The notes: generated from the letters alone by a model not told the origin. A DNA stretch of 64,000 nucleotides from Eledone cirrhosa (GCA_964016885.1 OZ024741.1:130572001-130636000), one strand, 5' to 3'; shown: positions 1 to 15,563, counted from the stretch's first letter. Numbers and translations: made by a program.

Positions 1-520
1 ATCTAAACATAGGAATGACCCAGCAGATAGGCAAATCAGAGAGGCCAGTGAAATAGAAATTAGAAGACCAAAGCTAAACTGAAAGAATGAGTGGAACAAC
101 AACAACACCCAAACAAACAACACTGACCTAAGAGAAGTATAAATAAGTAAATAAAATAAAATAAGATAAATAAATACATACACAAGCACAATAACAACAA
201 GCACATAAACACACACTAGTCACCCAGCAGACACAACACTATACACACTAGTCACACAGCACACATAACACTATACACACACGCAAACGCATGCGCAAAG
301 AAGACAAAATAAAATAAGATAAACAAACAAGCAAATAAATAAATAAATATATAGACAGACTGAATAAAAAATGGCGTAGACATACAACACAACAGGAGGA
401 ACAATGAATATAACACCACTGACGATGTTGCAGATGTGCAACGAAAGATTTATGTAAATTATGTAAACTATATATATGTGTTTGTGTCTATATTGTATCT
501 GTATTATTTTTCACCGCCGG
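1..520 (+). mobile_element. Penelope-like element 3' fragment (end of GIY-YIG domain, 3' UTR, pLTR)
   Basis: Positions 8-105 translate as HRNDPADRQIREASEIEIRRPKLN*KNEW, matching the R.I.EA..I....P.LN..E end of GIY-YIG nucleases; an A/C-rich UTR and an HHR core follow. Confidence 0.6.
415..456 (+). ncRNA. Minimal type-I hammerhead ribozyme (degenerate stems I/III)
   Basis: CTGACGA(419-425)-t-GTTGCA gatg TGCAAC-GAAA(443-446). Confidence 0.6.
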
Positions 521-660
521 TCAGTCAATGGCAACATTGAGGACCGAGTAAGTTAGATCGCAGATATAAAAGACAGCGAGAAGCGAAAACCAACCAAACA
601 GTGAGTGTGTTCTGTTATTAACTCTGGCAATATTACGCAAATATGACCCTCCCCAAGTAT

Positions 661-724
<64 letters not shown>

Positions 725-769
725 CAACTCGTGTGCTCCTTCTCAACATTTTATAATTGATATATATTT

Positions 770-872
<103 letters not shown>

Positions 873-1409
873 TATCCGCATGTTTATTGTATGTGCGTCT
901 TTAGAAATATTTAACACCGTAAAAATGTGCAGATCTGCATTTATTTTATCTTGTTATGGGTCTTCCTCCTTTGTCTTTTCCTCTCTCCCCTCTCTCTATC
1001 TCTCTTTCTCCCTCTACCTTTCTCTTTCTCTCTCCTTCTCTCTCTCTCTCTCTCTCTCTCCCTCTCCCTCTCTCTCTCTCCCCTCTGGCTGTCTAGTCAA
1101 CTGCTTTATTGGATGTCTGACAGCATGTGAAAATGTCTGCGAAAGTACAGTGACTTTCTCCGTTACAAATATTTAGTGATTCATGTTGCCTTAAAGATTC
1201 CCTAGTTATATAGAAAATACTTTTTTTGTACAGAGCGATTAGTGAAAGGACTCAATAAAATTGAAAAGTGTCAGAATTCAAATAGAAGAAATAAATGCTA
1301 GTTGTGCAAGACATCTGAAGGAAAATGTCATCATAGATGTCCTAGGGATCTGACATACGTCGTTAGAGAAAGTTGGAGGATATTTTGACAAATTTACATA
1401 CCTTGCCTC

Positions 1410-1592
1410 GTCAGCGAAGTCTGGAGAAAAAGATATCCATTGTCAAATAGATTTGGAGAAAAAACCATCCATTATCGGCATCATCTGGAGAAAAAGACAT
1501 TCATTGTCAGAAATATGTGGAGAAAACTACATTCCTTGTCAGAGACATCTGGAGGGAAAGACATGCATAGTCAAAAACATCTTGAGGAAATT
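1410..1592. repeat. Degenerate 32-bp minisatellite, about 6 copies
   Basis: TGGAG/TTGAG recurs at 1422, 1454, 1486, 1518, 1550 and 1582; consensus approx. catctggagaaaaagacattcattgtcagaaa. Confidence 0.8.
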
Positions 1593-1860
1593 TCACCTCT
1601 CGCGAGCGACAACCAGTTGTTCATACATATAAGCGTACATAATACAGTAGAGATATTTGAAAAATTTGTGACTGTTCTTTCTAACAGCTCTAACTACCCA
1701 GTATATGGGGTGACAAACAGGGTGTGATTGTCTATAAATACAGAGTGTAAAGGCAGTTCTCATTTAACATTGTCTTTGGGGTCTTGGGACTTGTGAAGTA
1801 TGACTTTATGGGAAACGCCGTGAAGTGACACCACTTTTAGCATAAGCTCAATGATATAAT

Positions 1861-2010
1861 AGGCGGTGAAATGGCAGACTCATTAGAACGTATTTGCGGT
1901 ATTTGTTTCGGCTCTTTGCTCTCTGATTTCAAATCCCACCGTGGTAAACCTTGCCATCTATCCATTCCAGGTCGATAAAATAAAATACCAGTCAAGTACT
2001 GGGGCCGATT
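1861..2010 (+). mobile_element. tRNA-derived SINE (Octopus-type), degenerate
   Basis: A-box-like tggcagactcattag, B-box-like ttcaaatccc, body ...ggtcgataaaataaaataccagt...ctggggccgat; related pieces at 22437-22530(-), 35300-35385(-), 36218-36330(+), 60490-60625(-). Confidence 0.65.
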
Positions 2011-2408
2011 CTTCCTCTATATCTCTTTTTCACATTCATTCTCTCACTCTCGATCCTGCTCTGGAAGAAATCTGCTGTATTCAGATATGGGGACAGATGG
2101 GCTCCATTAGGTTAGAGGTGCCCTAGAAAAGCTGTATGTGTATGTCAATACGGTGCCCCTACGAATCCCTCGGGAGTTACAGGATCACTCATCTAATGAT
2201 ATAAACCAGAGTCGCATTTTAACGATATATCCTTAGTTACCAAACTTCTAATTAAAGACTAAAATGTCATTTGATATTAAAAATTCAAATATATGTATGT
2301 GATTTATTCATACATTTAATAAAGATTCATAAAATTAAAAAGATGATAATATTATTTACAAAACATGTCCACGGTTTTTTTTTCTCATGCATTTATATTC
2401 TTCTATTT

Positions 2409-2560
2409 GTGAAGGCGGGTAGCTTAGTGGTTAGATAATTGGATTCACAATCGTGAGGGTGTGAGTTCAATTCCCGAGCCGGGCTATGTTATGTCCTTGA
2501 GCAAAATGCTTTATTTCACTTTGCTCTTTTTGCCAGGAGTTGCAGTCTGGAGATAGTAGA
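2409..2560 (+). mobile_element. tRNA-derived SINE, second family
   Basis: A box tagcttagtggttag, B box gagttcaattccc, then tgtccttgagcaaaatgctttatttcac; homolog at 32180-32490. Confidence 0.65.
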
Positions 2561-3212
2561 AGCAATTGGAAAGACCAATGGAAAGATTGTTTTCTTGGTC
2601 GGGTCCACTCGGTAAGTGAATGAGGTTTCGGATCTTTTTCTCGTTGCTGAAAACAAACAAACAAACATTGTTTAATTACTTGTAGCAGTTGTAAGCATTG
2701 ATTATTTACATACATGCTTTTGAACATCTCTCCCTACGAGGAATTTCTTTTGTGTGTGAATTTATTTATTTATTTAGTCAACTTAAACGTTCGCATGGAG
2801 CTGATAAACCATGAGAGGGACATCTAATACTCCTTATGATTAAGAAACAAAAATAAGGAAGAGAGAGGGAGGAAAAAATAAAAGAAAGAGAAGGAAAACA
2901 GAAGACAAAATAAACATAAACGAGAAAAAGAATGAAAAATATGGACAACAATAAAGCAGCTACAGTTGTTAAATATTTCCGTAGCCTCCGAAACTAAAAG
3001 ATCTTGAAAATTGTCAGGGGGAGTGATAGGCTCTTGACTCCAGTCACGGCAGTATATCTCAGCTGCGCCCCGTGGTGTGAATATATAATTTTAACACTGA
3101 ATACCCAATTCACGTACAAGTATAGAAAGCACAAAGAGGGGCCACATATAGTAATATATCATAACTCACCAGACACGCACGCACACACACACGCACACAC
3201 ACACACACACGC

Positions 3213-3320
<108 letters not shown>

Positions 3321-3589
3321 ATATATATATATATAGAATTCACAAGAATCAAAGCTATGTTCAAAGCATTTATTCACTTACAATTGTTTCATCCAAACCT
3401 AGGCTTGAAGTCTTTGGAGCATTTTTCAATGTTTGTACACATAATTGACCTCCTTTCCAACGCAAGAGATATACAGATACATATGTATATATTGATGTAC
3501 AGTGGAGTGACATATATTATATTATTTCTGTATAGCAATTCAAATTCAAAATCAAAATTAAACTTAAAACAAAATTAAAGCAAAATTAA

Positions 3590-3971
3590 AAACTGCTTAA
3601 TCAAGGACATCATATACTCATGCACCGTCATAACTAGCAACTCTTCTGAAACCTATATAGGCTCTACTTCGAACTATTCAAAACCAGATACAATTCACAC
3701 CTCCATTCGTTAAAAAAACACAGTCTAGCCAACTCCACTTCACTATCTAGCTACATACACTATCTAAAAACTAAAAATAGATCTTAAATGGGAAGTGATA
3801 GGTAAGGCGGCATCGTACAAACCACCTAATAAATTCTGTAACCTCTGTCTACTAGAGACCCATACTATAATCTTCTCAAACCATAACCTCCTTAATAAAA
3901 AATCGGAAGTGTTTGCGTCGTCCCAGCACCGCTTCCGGCACTCCTTCCAAAACTTTAAACCCAACATATAA
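3590..3971 (+). pseudogene. PLE GIY-YIG endonuclease C-terminal fragment, frameshifted
   Basis: NCLIKDIIYSCTV...TYIGSTSN / LKWEVIGKAASYKPPNKFCNLCLLE...LLNKKSEVF..QH; same motifs as ORFs 22820-23290 and 48965-49696. Confidence 0.85.
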
Positions 3972-5432
3972 CAATGTCAGACTTGAACCCATCACCTCTT
4001 CTAACACTACACCTCAAGGGCACACCTTACACCACAACTCCACACTCTCTGATCCACCCTATCTCAACACAAATCATTCCATCTATCTATAACTTTATAC
4101 CCTAGAAATATCCCCATAAACACCTACTTTTAGTATAATTACTTTCAATTACTTATAATTATATAGTGATACAATACAGTCTATGTAAGCTTTAAATACC
4201 AGATTCGACAATGAATTATTTATGCAAATGTATTTGTATGTATGGAGTTATAACATTGGATATATATAAGATTAATTTATTAACATAAGAGATCTGTATA
4301 ACCTATATGTTGAGTGCAATGAATTATGTATGAATGGTAGGGTGAGTTATATATGCATGTATAACTTGATGGATAGATTAATGACATTGTAAATGAGGGA
4401 TGTTTTTGTCTGCCCTAGAGATGTATTTGGCTTTGCCATGCAAACAGCCATACGCTGCTCCAGAACTTACCAGGGGTTATGTAGAAATAGTTCTACATTT
4501 GCAAAGAACTTTGATATAAAGATATAGCTCTTTGTATGGAATATTCAGTTGTAGCACTCTATGATAGGGAGTAATCATCCTCATATAAATACCTTTAGTA
4601 CATCATGATAGAGTAGACTGTATTTAAAATTGGAAACTGAATATAAATATATAACCGTCTATATAAGGGACTCAATTGAGACACCTTATAATGTATGTTA
4701 GAACAATAAATTTAGTTATGGAAATCAGCTAGTTACCTCCCCTTACGCATTAACTCCCCTTAATTACACACATACTTCCGGATAATAAACCGATGTAAAT
4801 TGTCGCAGCAGAAACAACCTACTCTATAAAATTGGATTAAAGAACACTGAGCTGCAATAAGCTAAAATAATTTTATTTAATGCATCAAACATCCAATACG
4901 GAATCATCGTTAATTATGTGATGGATGTATAAACTATATATTACATTTCCTGAATGTGAAAATGGTGGTTGATACGAAAGCCATAACTTTCTTTTGCTTC
5001 TCCTTTTTATTTTTATTTTTCTGCACACATACTTCTTTATTATATACTTTATTATTATATACAAAAATTACCTTACCACTACAACCGCCATAATACTCTT
5101 ACTTACCCGCTTAAAGTGCTTGTATTACTTGTAACACCCTGCCACACAATAATCATATATACATGAGACACACGTGCATGCCCCACGTGTAACTAACGCA
5201 TACAATAACTACTACATCTGACTAACAAACTATCCTCTTGCATTATCTATGTTAACTGCCGAATGTATTTTAATTTTGTTTTAAGTTTAATTTTGATTTT
5301 GAATTTGAATTGCTATACAGAAATAATATAATATAATATATGTCACTCCACTGTACATCAATATATACATATGTATCTGTATGTCTCTTGCGTTGGAAAG
5401 GAGGTCAATTATGTGTACAAACATCGAAAAAT

Positions 5433-5476
5433 GCTCCGAAGACTCAAGCCTAAGTTTGGATGAAACAATTGTAAGT
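5433..5476 (+). ncRNA. Type-I HHR, CCGAAGA core, palindromic stem III (inverted copy about 3375-3420)
   Basis: gct-CCGAAGA-c tcaagc ctaa gtttgg at-GAAAC aatt GTA-agt. Confidence 0.6.
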
Positions 5477-5679
5477 GAATAAATGCTTTGAACATAGCTT
5501 TGATTATTGTGAATTCTATATAACTGCTCTGTAGAACAACTGATGTTATTACGTTGAGCTATTTATCTTACTGGTAATAAGGTAGTAATAAATTACTGAT
5601 CTTCGCTGTTTAGGGTTTAAATATATATAACTATAAAAGGTTTTAGTATATACATAACCATAAATAGTATCCTTAATAT

Positions 5680-5734
<55 letters not shown>

Positions 5735-5997
5735 GCATGAAAGAACAAAATTTCACTTTAAAATATTTTCATTTCTTTTCAAACGTGAAGCATGTTTCAC
5801 CGATCAGCAGCTCTATATTTTAATTGATGCAACAGAGCTGACTCCAGTATCGATCTGTTTAACAGATGTGTACATTTTAATAAGCATTTTAAATTATTTA
5901 ATCTACAAATTTAATGAAAAGGTCTATCTATACTTTAAAGGAGCAGCCTGGTCACAAACCGAGAACAACATTAAGAGAAACATGTCTGTGGAATGCT

Positions 5998-6076
5998 CAT
6001 CCACTTACACACTAATTTCAGGAGCATACTTGGTCATTAATCGAATAAACACGGACACTTGTCATCGGAATTGATG
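5998..6076 (-). ncRNA. Type-I HHR-like motif, CCGAUGA core, enlarged stem II
   Basis: Reverse complement: catcaatt-CCGATGA-caagtgt...atgctcct-GAAA ttagtgt GTA-agtggatg; stem I 7/8 paired. Confidence 0.5.
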
Positions 6077-6080
6077 GAGG

Positions 6081-6155
<75 letters not shown>

Positions 6156-6268
6156 CTTTGTGTGTGTGTGTATGTGTGCGTGTGTATGTAATTATGTTTT
6201 TATGTATATATAGAAATATAAACATCCGATTATCTATTATATTTGTAACTTCCGTTGGAACCGTAACA

Positions 6269-6362
<94 letters not shown>

Positions 6363-6805
6363 AAATATAGAGAAAAATATTGCAGGTAGCACATGGATAA
6401 CATGTAATAAAATGAGCCCCTCATCAGTGATTTGCCGACGATCATCGATATTTCATTGCATTAAAAATCATATACCTCTCGTCGGTGCAATAATAACCAA
6501 AATAAGTTATTAGGACAATTGAAACGCGTAAAGCGAGTGAGACAGGAGAACAACACAGAGTATAGCTAACCGTAGGGGAAAGAAACAAGCTTCAAAATTA
6601 TTCTGTTTAGCATAAGCTAGGTGAATATATGAGCTTTTAGAAAACAGACCTGACACGAACTCTGGCCATGTGAGAAGAGAGAAAAATAGCCTTCGTGGTG
6701 TACAGGATGAAATGAAGAGAAGAGAAACAGTGAGTGAGTGAAAGTGTGAGGAAGAGTTAACTGACATGACAGAGGGGGAGAAACAGAGAGACTGGGGGAC
6801 CAGTA

Positions 6806-6862
<57 letters not shown>

Positions 6863-6868
<6 letters not shown>

Positions 6869-8350
6869 AAAATTGAACAGGAACAAAACAGAGAGGCAGT
6901 ACGAACAAAGGTTTATTAATTTCACACTCTTGAGAGTGGGGTGGTGTTGGGGAACGACGTTTCGGACATAAGCCCTTCTTCAGGTGAAAAGTGTGTGGGA
7001 AGAGAGTTCAAAGGGGAGTGGTGGAGAGACATATAGCAAAAAGGGGGTGAGAGGAAACGGTGCAAATGAAATTAAAAATAAAGGCATGATCAAAATAAAA
7101 TTAAAATGGGGTAAAACAGGTGGTGGAAGGTTGTGGGGCGTGTAGGGGTGGTGGCGGGTGGAGTGGGGAGAGGGAGACGGGTGTCCGAGCGGGGAGGGCT
7201 GAAGGTGGTGTGTGTATGTAGGTGTACGTGTGTGTGTGTGCGTGTGTATGTGAAAGCAAGGGTTGGGGGAAGAACGGTGTTGCATGTTCAGGAAGAGGTA
7301 GGTGTGTGTGGGGTGGGGTGTAGGTCGGAGTGTGTGTGCGTGTGTGGATAGAGGGGTGGGGAGAGAGGATTCCGGAGGCTGAATGTGTAAATATGTGGTG
7401 GTACGCACGTGTGTGTGTGGTGTTTATGCGTGTTGTGGATGTAGGTGGCGTGTGGGAAAAAAAATTTTTTTGTGTGTGTGTCTGGGGTGAGTCTTAAAGG
7501 TAATTCCGTAAAAAGATGTGGTGGAATGCTGAGTAAAATCCTGGGATACGGTAGATTTTCGGGATCAAGGTTCACATATGTGTAATCCGTGAAGAGATTG
7601 GTCGGAAGAGGGGAGATGTGGGGTGTGCGCGCAACAGGAAGTGGTCAGAGGGTCAAGGCAGGAGGAGGGTTGCGTGTCTGTGTGTGCGGGGAGGTGGTCA
7701 GAGGCATAGCAGCAGTAGGGCAGAATGGTAAGTGAAGGTGTGTCAGTGTGTGCGGAGGTGCGGTGGACAGGGGAGAGGATGGGTAGGTGTGAAAGTTGGA
7801 GTGGGGAGAGGGGGTGTGTGTATTAGTAGAGGTGTTAGTGGGATGTGTGAGTGTTTGAGAAAGGGTGTGGGTGGAGCGGGGAGAGAAGGGTGTGGGGGCC
7901 GATGGAGGGAATGTAGTGTACTGGTGTGTGTGTGTGGTGAAGGGGGTGTTAGTGGTTGTTAGTATACTGGAGGTGGAGAAAGGGTTGAATGCGGGTGTGA
8001 GTGGGGTCAGTGGTGGTAGGGTGTGTGGAGGGGGTGGTGTAAGAGGGTGTGTGTGTTCGTGTGCGTAGGGTTGGGGGTGTTAGTGATGTTAGTTGCGTGT
8101 GGAGTGGGTGGTGTAAGTGGGTGTGTGTGTTCGTGTGCTTGGGGTCAGGGGGTGTTAGTGATGTTAGTTGCGGGGTGGTGGGGTGGATGTGTGGGGGTGA
8201 GGGTTAGTGGTGGTAGTAGGGTGTGTGTTTAGTGTGAGCGCGTGTATATATGTACCGGTGGGTGTGTGCGTGTCATAAGGAGAGGGAGGGGAGAAGAAGG
8301 GAGGGATGTTAGTATGTTAGTTGGGGAAGGGTGGTCGGATGTGGGGTGGA
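6863..8350 (-). mobile_element. PLE 3' UTR/pLTR (C/A-rich on the coding strand)
   Basis: 6863-7582 is near-identical to 38447-39072; carries an HHR at 6950-6987; both ends abut (TA)n. Confidence 0.75.
6950..6987 (-). ncRNA. Minimal type-I HHR (second copy 38531-38568, minus strand)
   Basis: Reverse complement: CTGAAGA-a GGGC ttat GTCC-GAAACGTCG; the other copy has GGGC/GCCC. Confidence 0.8.
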
Positions 8351-8365
8351 GATATATATATACAG

Positions 8366-8404
<39 letters not shown>

Positions 8405-8431
8405 GTATATATAGATATATATATATATATA

Positions 8432-8787
8432 TCATTTCTGAATTTGTTTAGCAAGATTCTTTATCTGAAAACGTGTGTTGAAACCGTTATTGTTATACTT
8501 TGGGAGGGTCATGTTGCCAATAAGAAACACACGCACAAGTTGCTTTCACTCCAATTTATTATAAATTAAAAAACTTTTTAAAATGTTTGTGTGACGAAAG
8601 AACTTTGACAATATATGAAGAACCATCCGGTTGTGGAACCAACCAACCGGAGATTTATGAATTAAAAAAAAAACAAAAAAACAAAACAATTTCTTTTTTG
8701 GGGAAAATACTTTTTACTTTATAATAAACTGGAGTGAAAGTACTGGTGCGTGCGTTTCTTATTGGCAACATAACCCTCCCAACGTAT

Positions 8788-8793
<6 letters not shown>
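8432..8793. mobile_element. PLE pLTR fragments in inverted arrangement
   Basis: 8487-8565 is the reverse complement of about 8718-8793; same family as 29081-29620; 3' half of the HHR (gtgacgaaagaactttgac) at about 8591. Confidence 0.7.
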
Positions 8794-8840
<47 letters not shown>

Positions 8841-8923
8841 GTACTAGTGTTGGTACTAAAACAACCATTTCATGCACAGCCAGCGTGTATATATTGAGAA
8901 AAACAACTATAATTTTTGTCGCA

Positions 8924-9020
8924 TCGACAATCTGAATAGCAGGTCGATAATGGAATCGGACCCATAAGACCTATAGGGGACCCTGAGCCAATCCTCTGCG
9001 AAACGCGTGTAATAAGTCGA
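8924..9020 (+). ncRNA. HHR-like motif with enlarged stem II; core CUGAAUA (G8 altered)
   Basis: tcgac aat-CTGAATA-GCAG...CTGC-GAAAC gcgt GTA-ataa gtcga. Confidence 0.5.
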
Positions 9021-9075
9021 TACTCAATAAAAATCCAAATACATGCACACACACATATTTATCTATATATATACC

Positions 9076-9149
<74 letters not shown>

Positions 9150-9610
9150 TGTGAGAGAGAGAGAGAAAGAGATAGTAATAAATAGAGACAGGAAGAGAGA
9201 GGCAGGGGGTGATAAAGAGAGCGAAAGGCGTTAGGAAGACAACGTGTGTGTGTGTACATGCGTGTATGAACATATGTGCATATGTAAGCAGCGGAATCGG
9301 GACATCATCAAAGATTTGCCATAAAGTGTGTCACTGAACTGTTACAGACATTCTCACAGGCTGTCAACCAGACATCCAACAAACCAACCAAACAACCTAC
9401 AAAATGGTGAAGGGTGTGAGAGAGTGAGAAAGAGAGAGTGATGAGGTCAACAGAGAAGAGGAGAGAGAGAATGTGGGGAGAAACAGGGAGACAAAAGAAA
9501 GCCCTATAATCAGAGTCAAATGCAGAGCTATACATTTTTTAATGCGTTGAATGTTTACTGCAGTAGAAAACACTGCAATATATATAAGTAGAGGGTGTGT
9601 GAATATTTCT

Positions 9611-9721
<111 letters not shown>

Positions 9722-9745
9722 ATACAGATGCAGACACATACATGC

Positions 9746-9782
<37 letters not shown>

Positions 9783-9787
<5 letters not shown>

Positions 9788-11160
9788 GGATATGTGTTCC
9801 TTCACGCACAAGGCGCTAGGTACGCATGTATTGTCCAACCAAATGCCAGTGTGGTTCAATGGCGGGTTAATAAATTAACGAGCCAGAACAAATATAAACA
9901 AGGTTTAGCAAATAATGAAAAAGTTTCAAAATAAATTTTTAAAAATTGACTTTACCTACTATAGTTACCTTTACCGATCGGTTTCGAATCCCAAAAATAA
10001 AACGGAGACCATACGGCCTTCGTTGCAAAGAAAGATTCTCGTCAGAAGGTTCTTTTCATTCAAAGAATATAAAATTCTTGAATTTAAATCACCGACTAGC
10101 GCTATCAAAACTGTTCCCGGGATGAGAGTGGATGATGTAGAAACAGGTTTATCAAGGGCCGAAGCAAAGATAGAGGCAGAAGGAGGTAGGTCAAACCAGC
10201 TCGTTAAAACTGGCTCGTTAATTTATTAACCCGCCATTGAACCACACTGGCATTTGGTTGGACAATACATGCGTACCTAGCGCCTTGTGCGTGAAGGAAC
10301 ACATATCCTATTACTACTACCTCCACTAATGTTGAGAACAAATTTGGTCGTTCTGACTGCTGCTAGCGATAGCCGTGGCTGGTTTGACCTACCTCCTTCT
10401 GCCTCTATCTTTGCTTCGGCCCTTGATAAACCTGTTTCTACATCATCCACTCTCATCCCGGGAACAGTTTTGATAGCGCTAGTCTGTGATTTAAATTCAA
10501 GAATTTTATATTCTTTGAATGAAAAGAACCTTCTGACGAGAATCTTTCTTTGCAACGAAGGCCGTATGGTCTCCGTTTTATTTTTGGGATTCGAAACCGA
10601 TCGGTAAAGGTAACTATAGTAGGTAAAGTCAATTTTTTAAAATTTACTTTGAAACTTTTTCATTATTTGCTAAACCTTGTTTATATTTGTTCTGGCTCGT
10701 TAATTTATTAACCCGCCATTGAACCACACTGGCATTTGGTTGGACAATACATGCGTACCTAGCGCCTTGTGCGTGAAGGAACACATATCCTATTACTACT
10801 ACCTCCACTAATGTTGAGAACAAATTTGGTCGTTCTGACTGCTGCTAGCGATAGCCGTGGCTGGTTTGACCTACCTCCTTCTGCCTCTATCTTTGCTTCG
10901 GCCCTTGATAAACCTGTTTCTACATCATCCACTCTCATTCCGTGAACAGTTTTGATAGCGCTAGTTTGTGATTTAAATTCAAGAATTTTATATTCTTTGA
11001 ATGAAAAGAACCTTCTGACGAGAATCTTTCTTTGCAACGAAGGCCGTATGGTCTCCGTTTTATTTTTGGGATTCGAAACCGATCGGTAAAGGTAACTATA
11101 GTAGGTAAAGTCAATTTTTTTAAATTTATTTTGAAACTTTTTCATTATTTGCTAAACCTT

Positions 11161-11165
<5 letters not shown>
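9783..11165 (+). mobile_element. Non-coding 482-bp tandem unit (2 copies) plus an inverted partial copy; HHR-bearing, retrozyme/PLE-pLTR-like
   Basis: 10210-10691 repeats at 10692-11165; 9783-10200 is an inverted copy; both outer ends abut (TA)n. Confidence 0.85.
10528..10611 (+). ncRNA. Type-I HHR, enlarged stem II, palindromic stem III (copies at 11010-11093 + and 9967-10050 -)
   Basis: ACCTT-CTGACGA-GAATCT...GGATTC-GAAAC cgatcg GTA-AAGGT. Confidence 0.85.
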
Positions 11166-11198
<33 letters not shown>

Positions 11199-11202
<4 letters not shown>

Positions 11203-12350
11203 CCTACCACTCCGGCGATATATCCTCCGTTCCTTCCGTATCCTCTCTTCTGATCCCGTCACTACTGGATTTTTTCCAAACCCACCCATTACTGCTTTTA
11301 AGCGCGCCCGAAACCTTCGCGACCTCTTGGTTCGCAGTTCTTATTCGTCCTCTCCCACGACTCCACTCGGCTCTCATCCTTGTTCCCGTTCCCGCTGCAA
11401 CACTTGTCCCTTTATTTCCACTCTCACCACTCTTACAAGTCCTAACGGGTCTTTCCGTTCCGCCATTCCTTCACCTGCACATCCACCCACGTTGTCTATG
11501 CCCTCCGGTGTTCACTTTGCGGGTCTTTATACATCGGACAACGGGACGCCGTTTGGCGGACCGCTTTGCTGAACATTTGAGGGACATACCACTCGGTTTG
11601 GATACTCCTGTCACCCGACATATCTGTTCTCCTGGTCATTCTTCCCTACATGTTTCAGTCCCGGGTGTCCTTTAACATCATGGATCACAGGCCTCGCGCA
11701 CCAAGACTGAACAAAGTCTGATTCACCGTCTTCGGTTCTATTCCCCTCTTGGACTCAACTCACCTCCTCAAATTCTCTAATACCCCGTCCATTATCACAC
11801 CCCTAGATTCCTATCGCTTTCTCTTGATCATTAGCAGCTTCTCTTGCTACTAATACATGCCGATACACACCCTTATATTAATATACTTTTGCTCATAGCT
11901 TCGTACTTACATGTACACACACTCTTTTATTCACACACATTTCTTCTTAGCTTCGTACGGACCTATAATAACACACACACTCACACACACACAAACATGC
12001 TTACGCATGTGCTCAAGTATAGCTCTTTTTACAAAACATTTTTTTTTCATTTCAGGTAGACGCGCTCCATCATCCACTTTTCTAAAAAAACAAATCATGC
12101 ACAAAACGCCTGCACCAACAGTTTTGCAAAAGATGTCAACATGAATGGACCTGTTATTTTTATCTAAAGATATTTTTTCCAATTCTATCCCGCCCGTCCC
12201 CTCAATCTATTTTATTTCTCATGCTTTCTTCTGATGAAGGAATAGCGTCCGAAACGTTAAGACCCTTTGCCTGCTATATCAAGCGTTAACCTAATATATA
12301 CCTTCCATATACTGTACCGATTGTGTTGTTATTTCTGTTTACCTTTTACA
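11199..12350 (+). mobile_element. Neptune-type PLE 3' part (Cys linker + GIY-YIG, frameshifted, plus pLTR)
   Basis: AFKRARNLRDLLVRS...PCSRSRCNTCPFI; inverted homolog of 13348-14615; HHR at 12227-12262. Confidence 0.9.
12227..12262 (+). ncRNA. Minimal type-I HHR (decayed inverted copy 13437-13472)
   Basis: TCTT-CTGATGA-a GGA atagcg TCC-GAAACGTT-AAGA. Confidence 0.85.
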
Positions 12351-12358
12351 TATATATA

Positions 12359-13176
12359 TATGAAAACAGGGAGAAAGAGACGATTATTAGGAAGAAAAAA
12401 ATATTTGTTTCCCTTTTTATTTCTCTCTCTCTCTTTTCTGGGTTAGAAAATGATTAAAACGAAATATTTTACTTTGTGTTAAGTGTTACGGTATTAGTTG
12501 ATTTATTTATTAATTAACAATGGCATTTATTTATCTACACCCTACCTAGTCCTTTTTCGTAAATAAATTAAATATTATCCAGCATGAATTGCCTCCCTCT
12601 ACATATTAACTCTGTAAAAAGGGAGTTCATATCAAACCTAAGTCCACTATTTGCCTCCATCATGGATCGACCAATGCACCCTTGCTATATTAACACATTT
12701 TGATCTGCTTAACTTCAAGAACTATGCCTGTAAATAACATTATTTTTTCTTTCACATTGACTTTTTATGCTCCACATTACGCCCCTTTTTTTCTTTTTTC
12801 TTTTTTCTTTTTTCTTTTTTCTTTTTTCTTTTTTCTTTTTTCTTTTCACTTCATAAACCTTGTTTGTAAATAACATTATTCTTTCTGCACCATTTCTTTA
12901 ACATGTAAACACCACCATTCTACACCAATACATATCACTATCATTTGATAATGCATAAAAATGCTGAAACCGGTAATAGACAATTATTAAATATATAAAT
13001 AGATAAATAAATACCTTTGTTAATTAATAAATAAATCAACTAATACCTTAACACTTCACACAAAGTAAAATATTTCGTTTTAATCATTTTCTAACCCAGA
13101 AAAGAGAGAGAGAGAAATAAAAAGGGAAAAAAAATATTTTTCTTCCTAATAATCGTCTCTTTCTCCCTGGTTTCAT
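12359..13176 (+). mobile_element. PLE pLTR with inverted 5' copy; HHR with UUGAUAA core at 12938-12979
   Basis: 12359-12538 is the reverse complement of about 12999-13176; TTGATAA-tGCA taaaaa TGCt-GAAAC cg GTA-atag. Confidence 0.7.
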
Positions 13177-13224
13177 ATATATATATATCCTAACTCGTGT
13201 GCTTCCTCTCCACATTTTTTTTAT

Positions 13225-15540
<2,316 letters not shown>

Positions 15541-15563
15541 CACACATGCAATTATACATATAT

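Larger units (their letters stand above)
3334..5520 (+). mobile_element. 5'-truncated PLE with inverted 5' pLTR
   Basis: 3334-3579 is the reverse complement of about 5268-5520; GIY-YIG remnant in between; HHR motif in both arms; left end abuts (TA)n. Confidence 0.85.

Noticed and set aside
1410-1592. CRISPR-like periodicity
   Set aside because: Contiguous degenerate units with no unique spacers, no cas genes, and a eukaryotic context.
1861-2560. tRNA genes
   Set aside because: A/B boxes run into SINE bodies and no complete cloverleaf is present.
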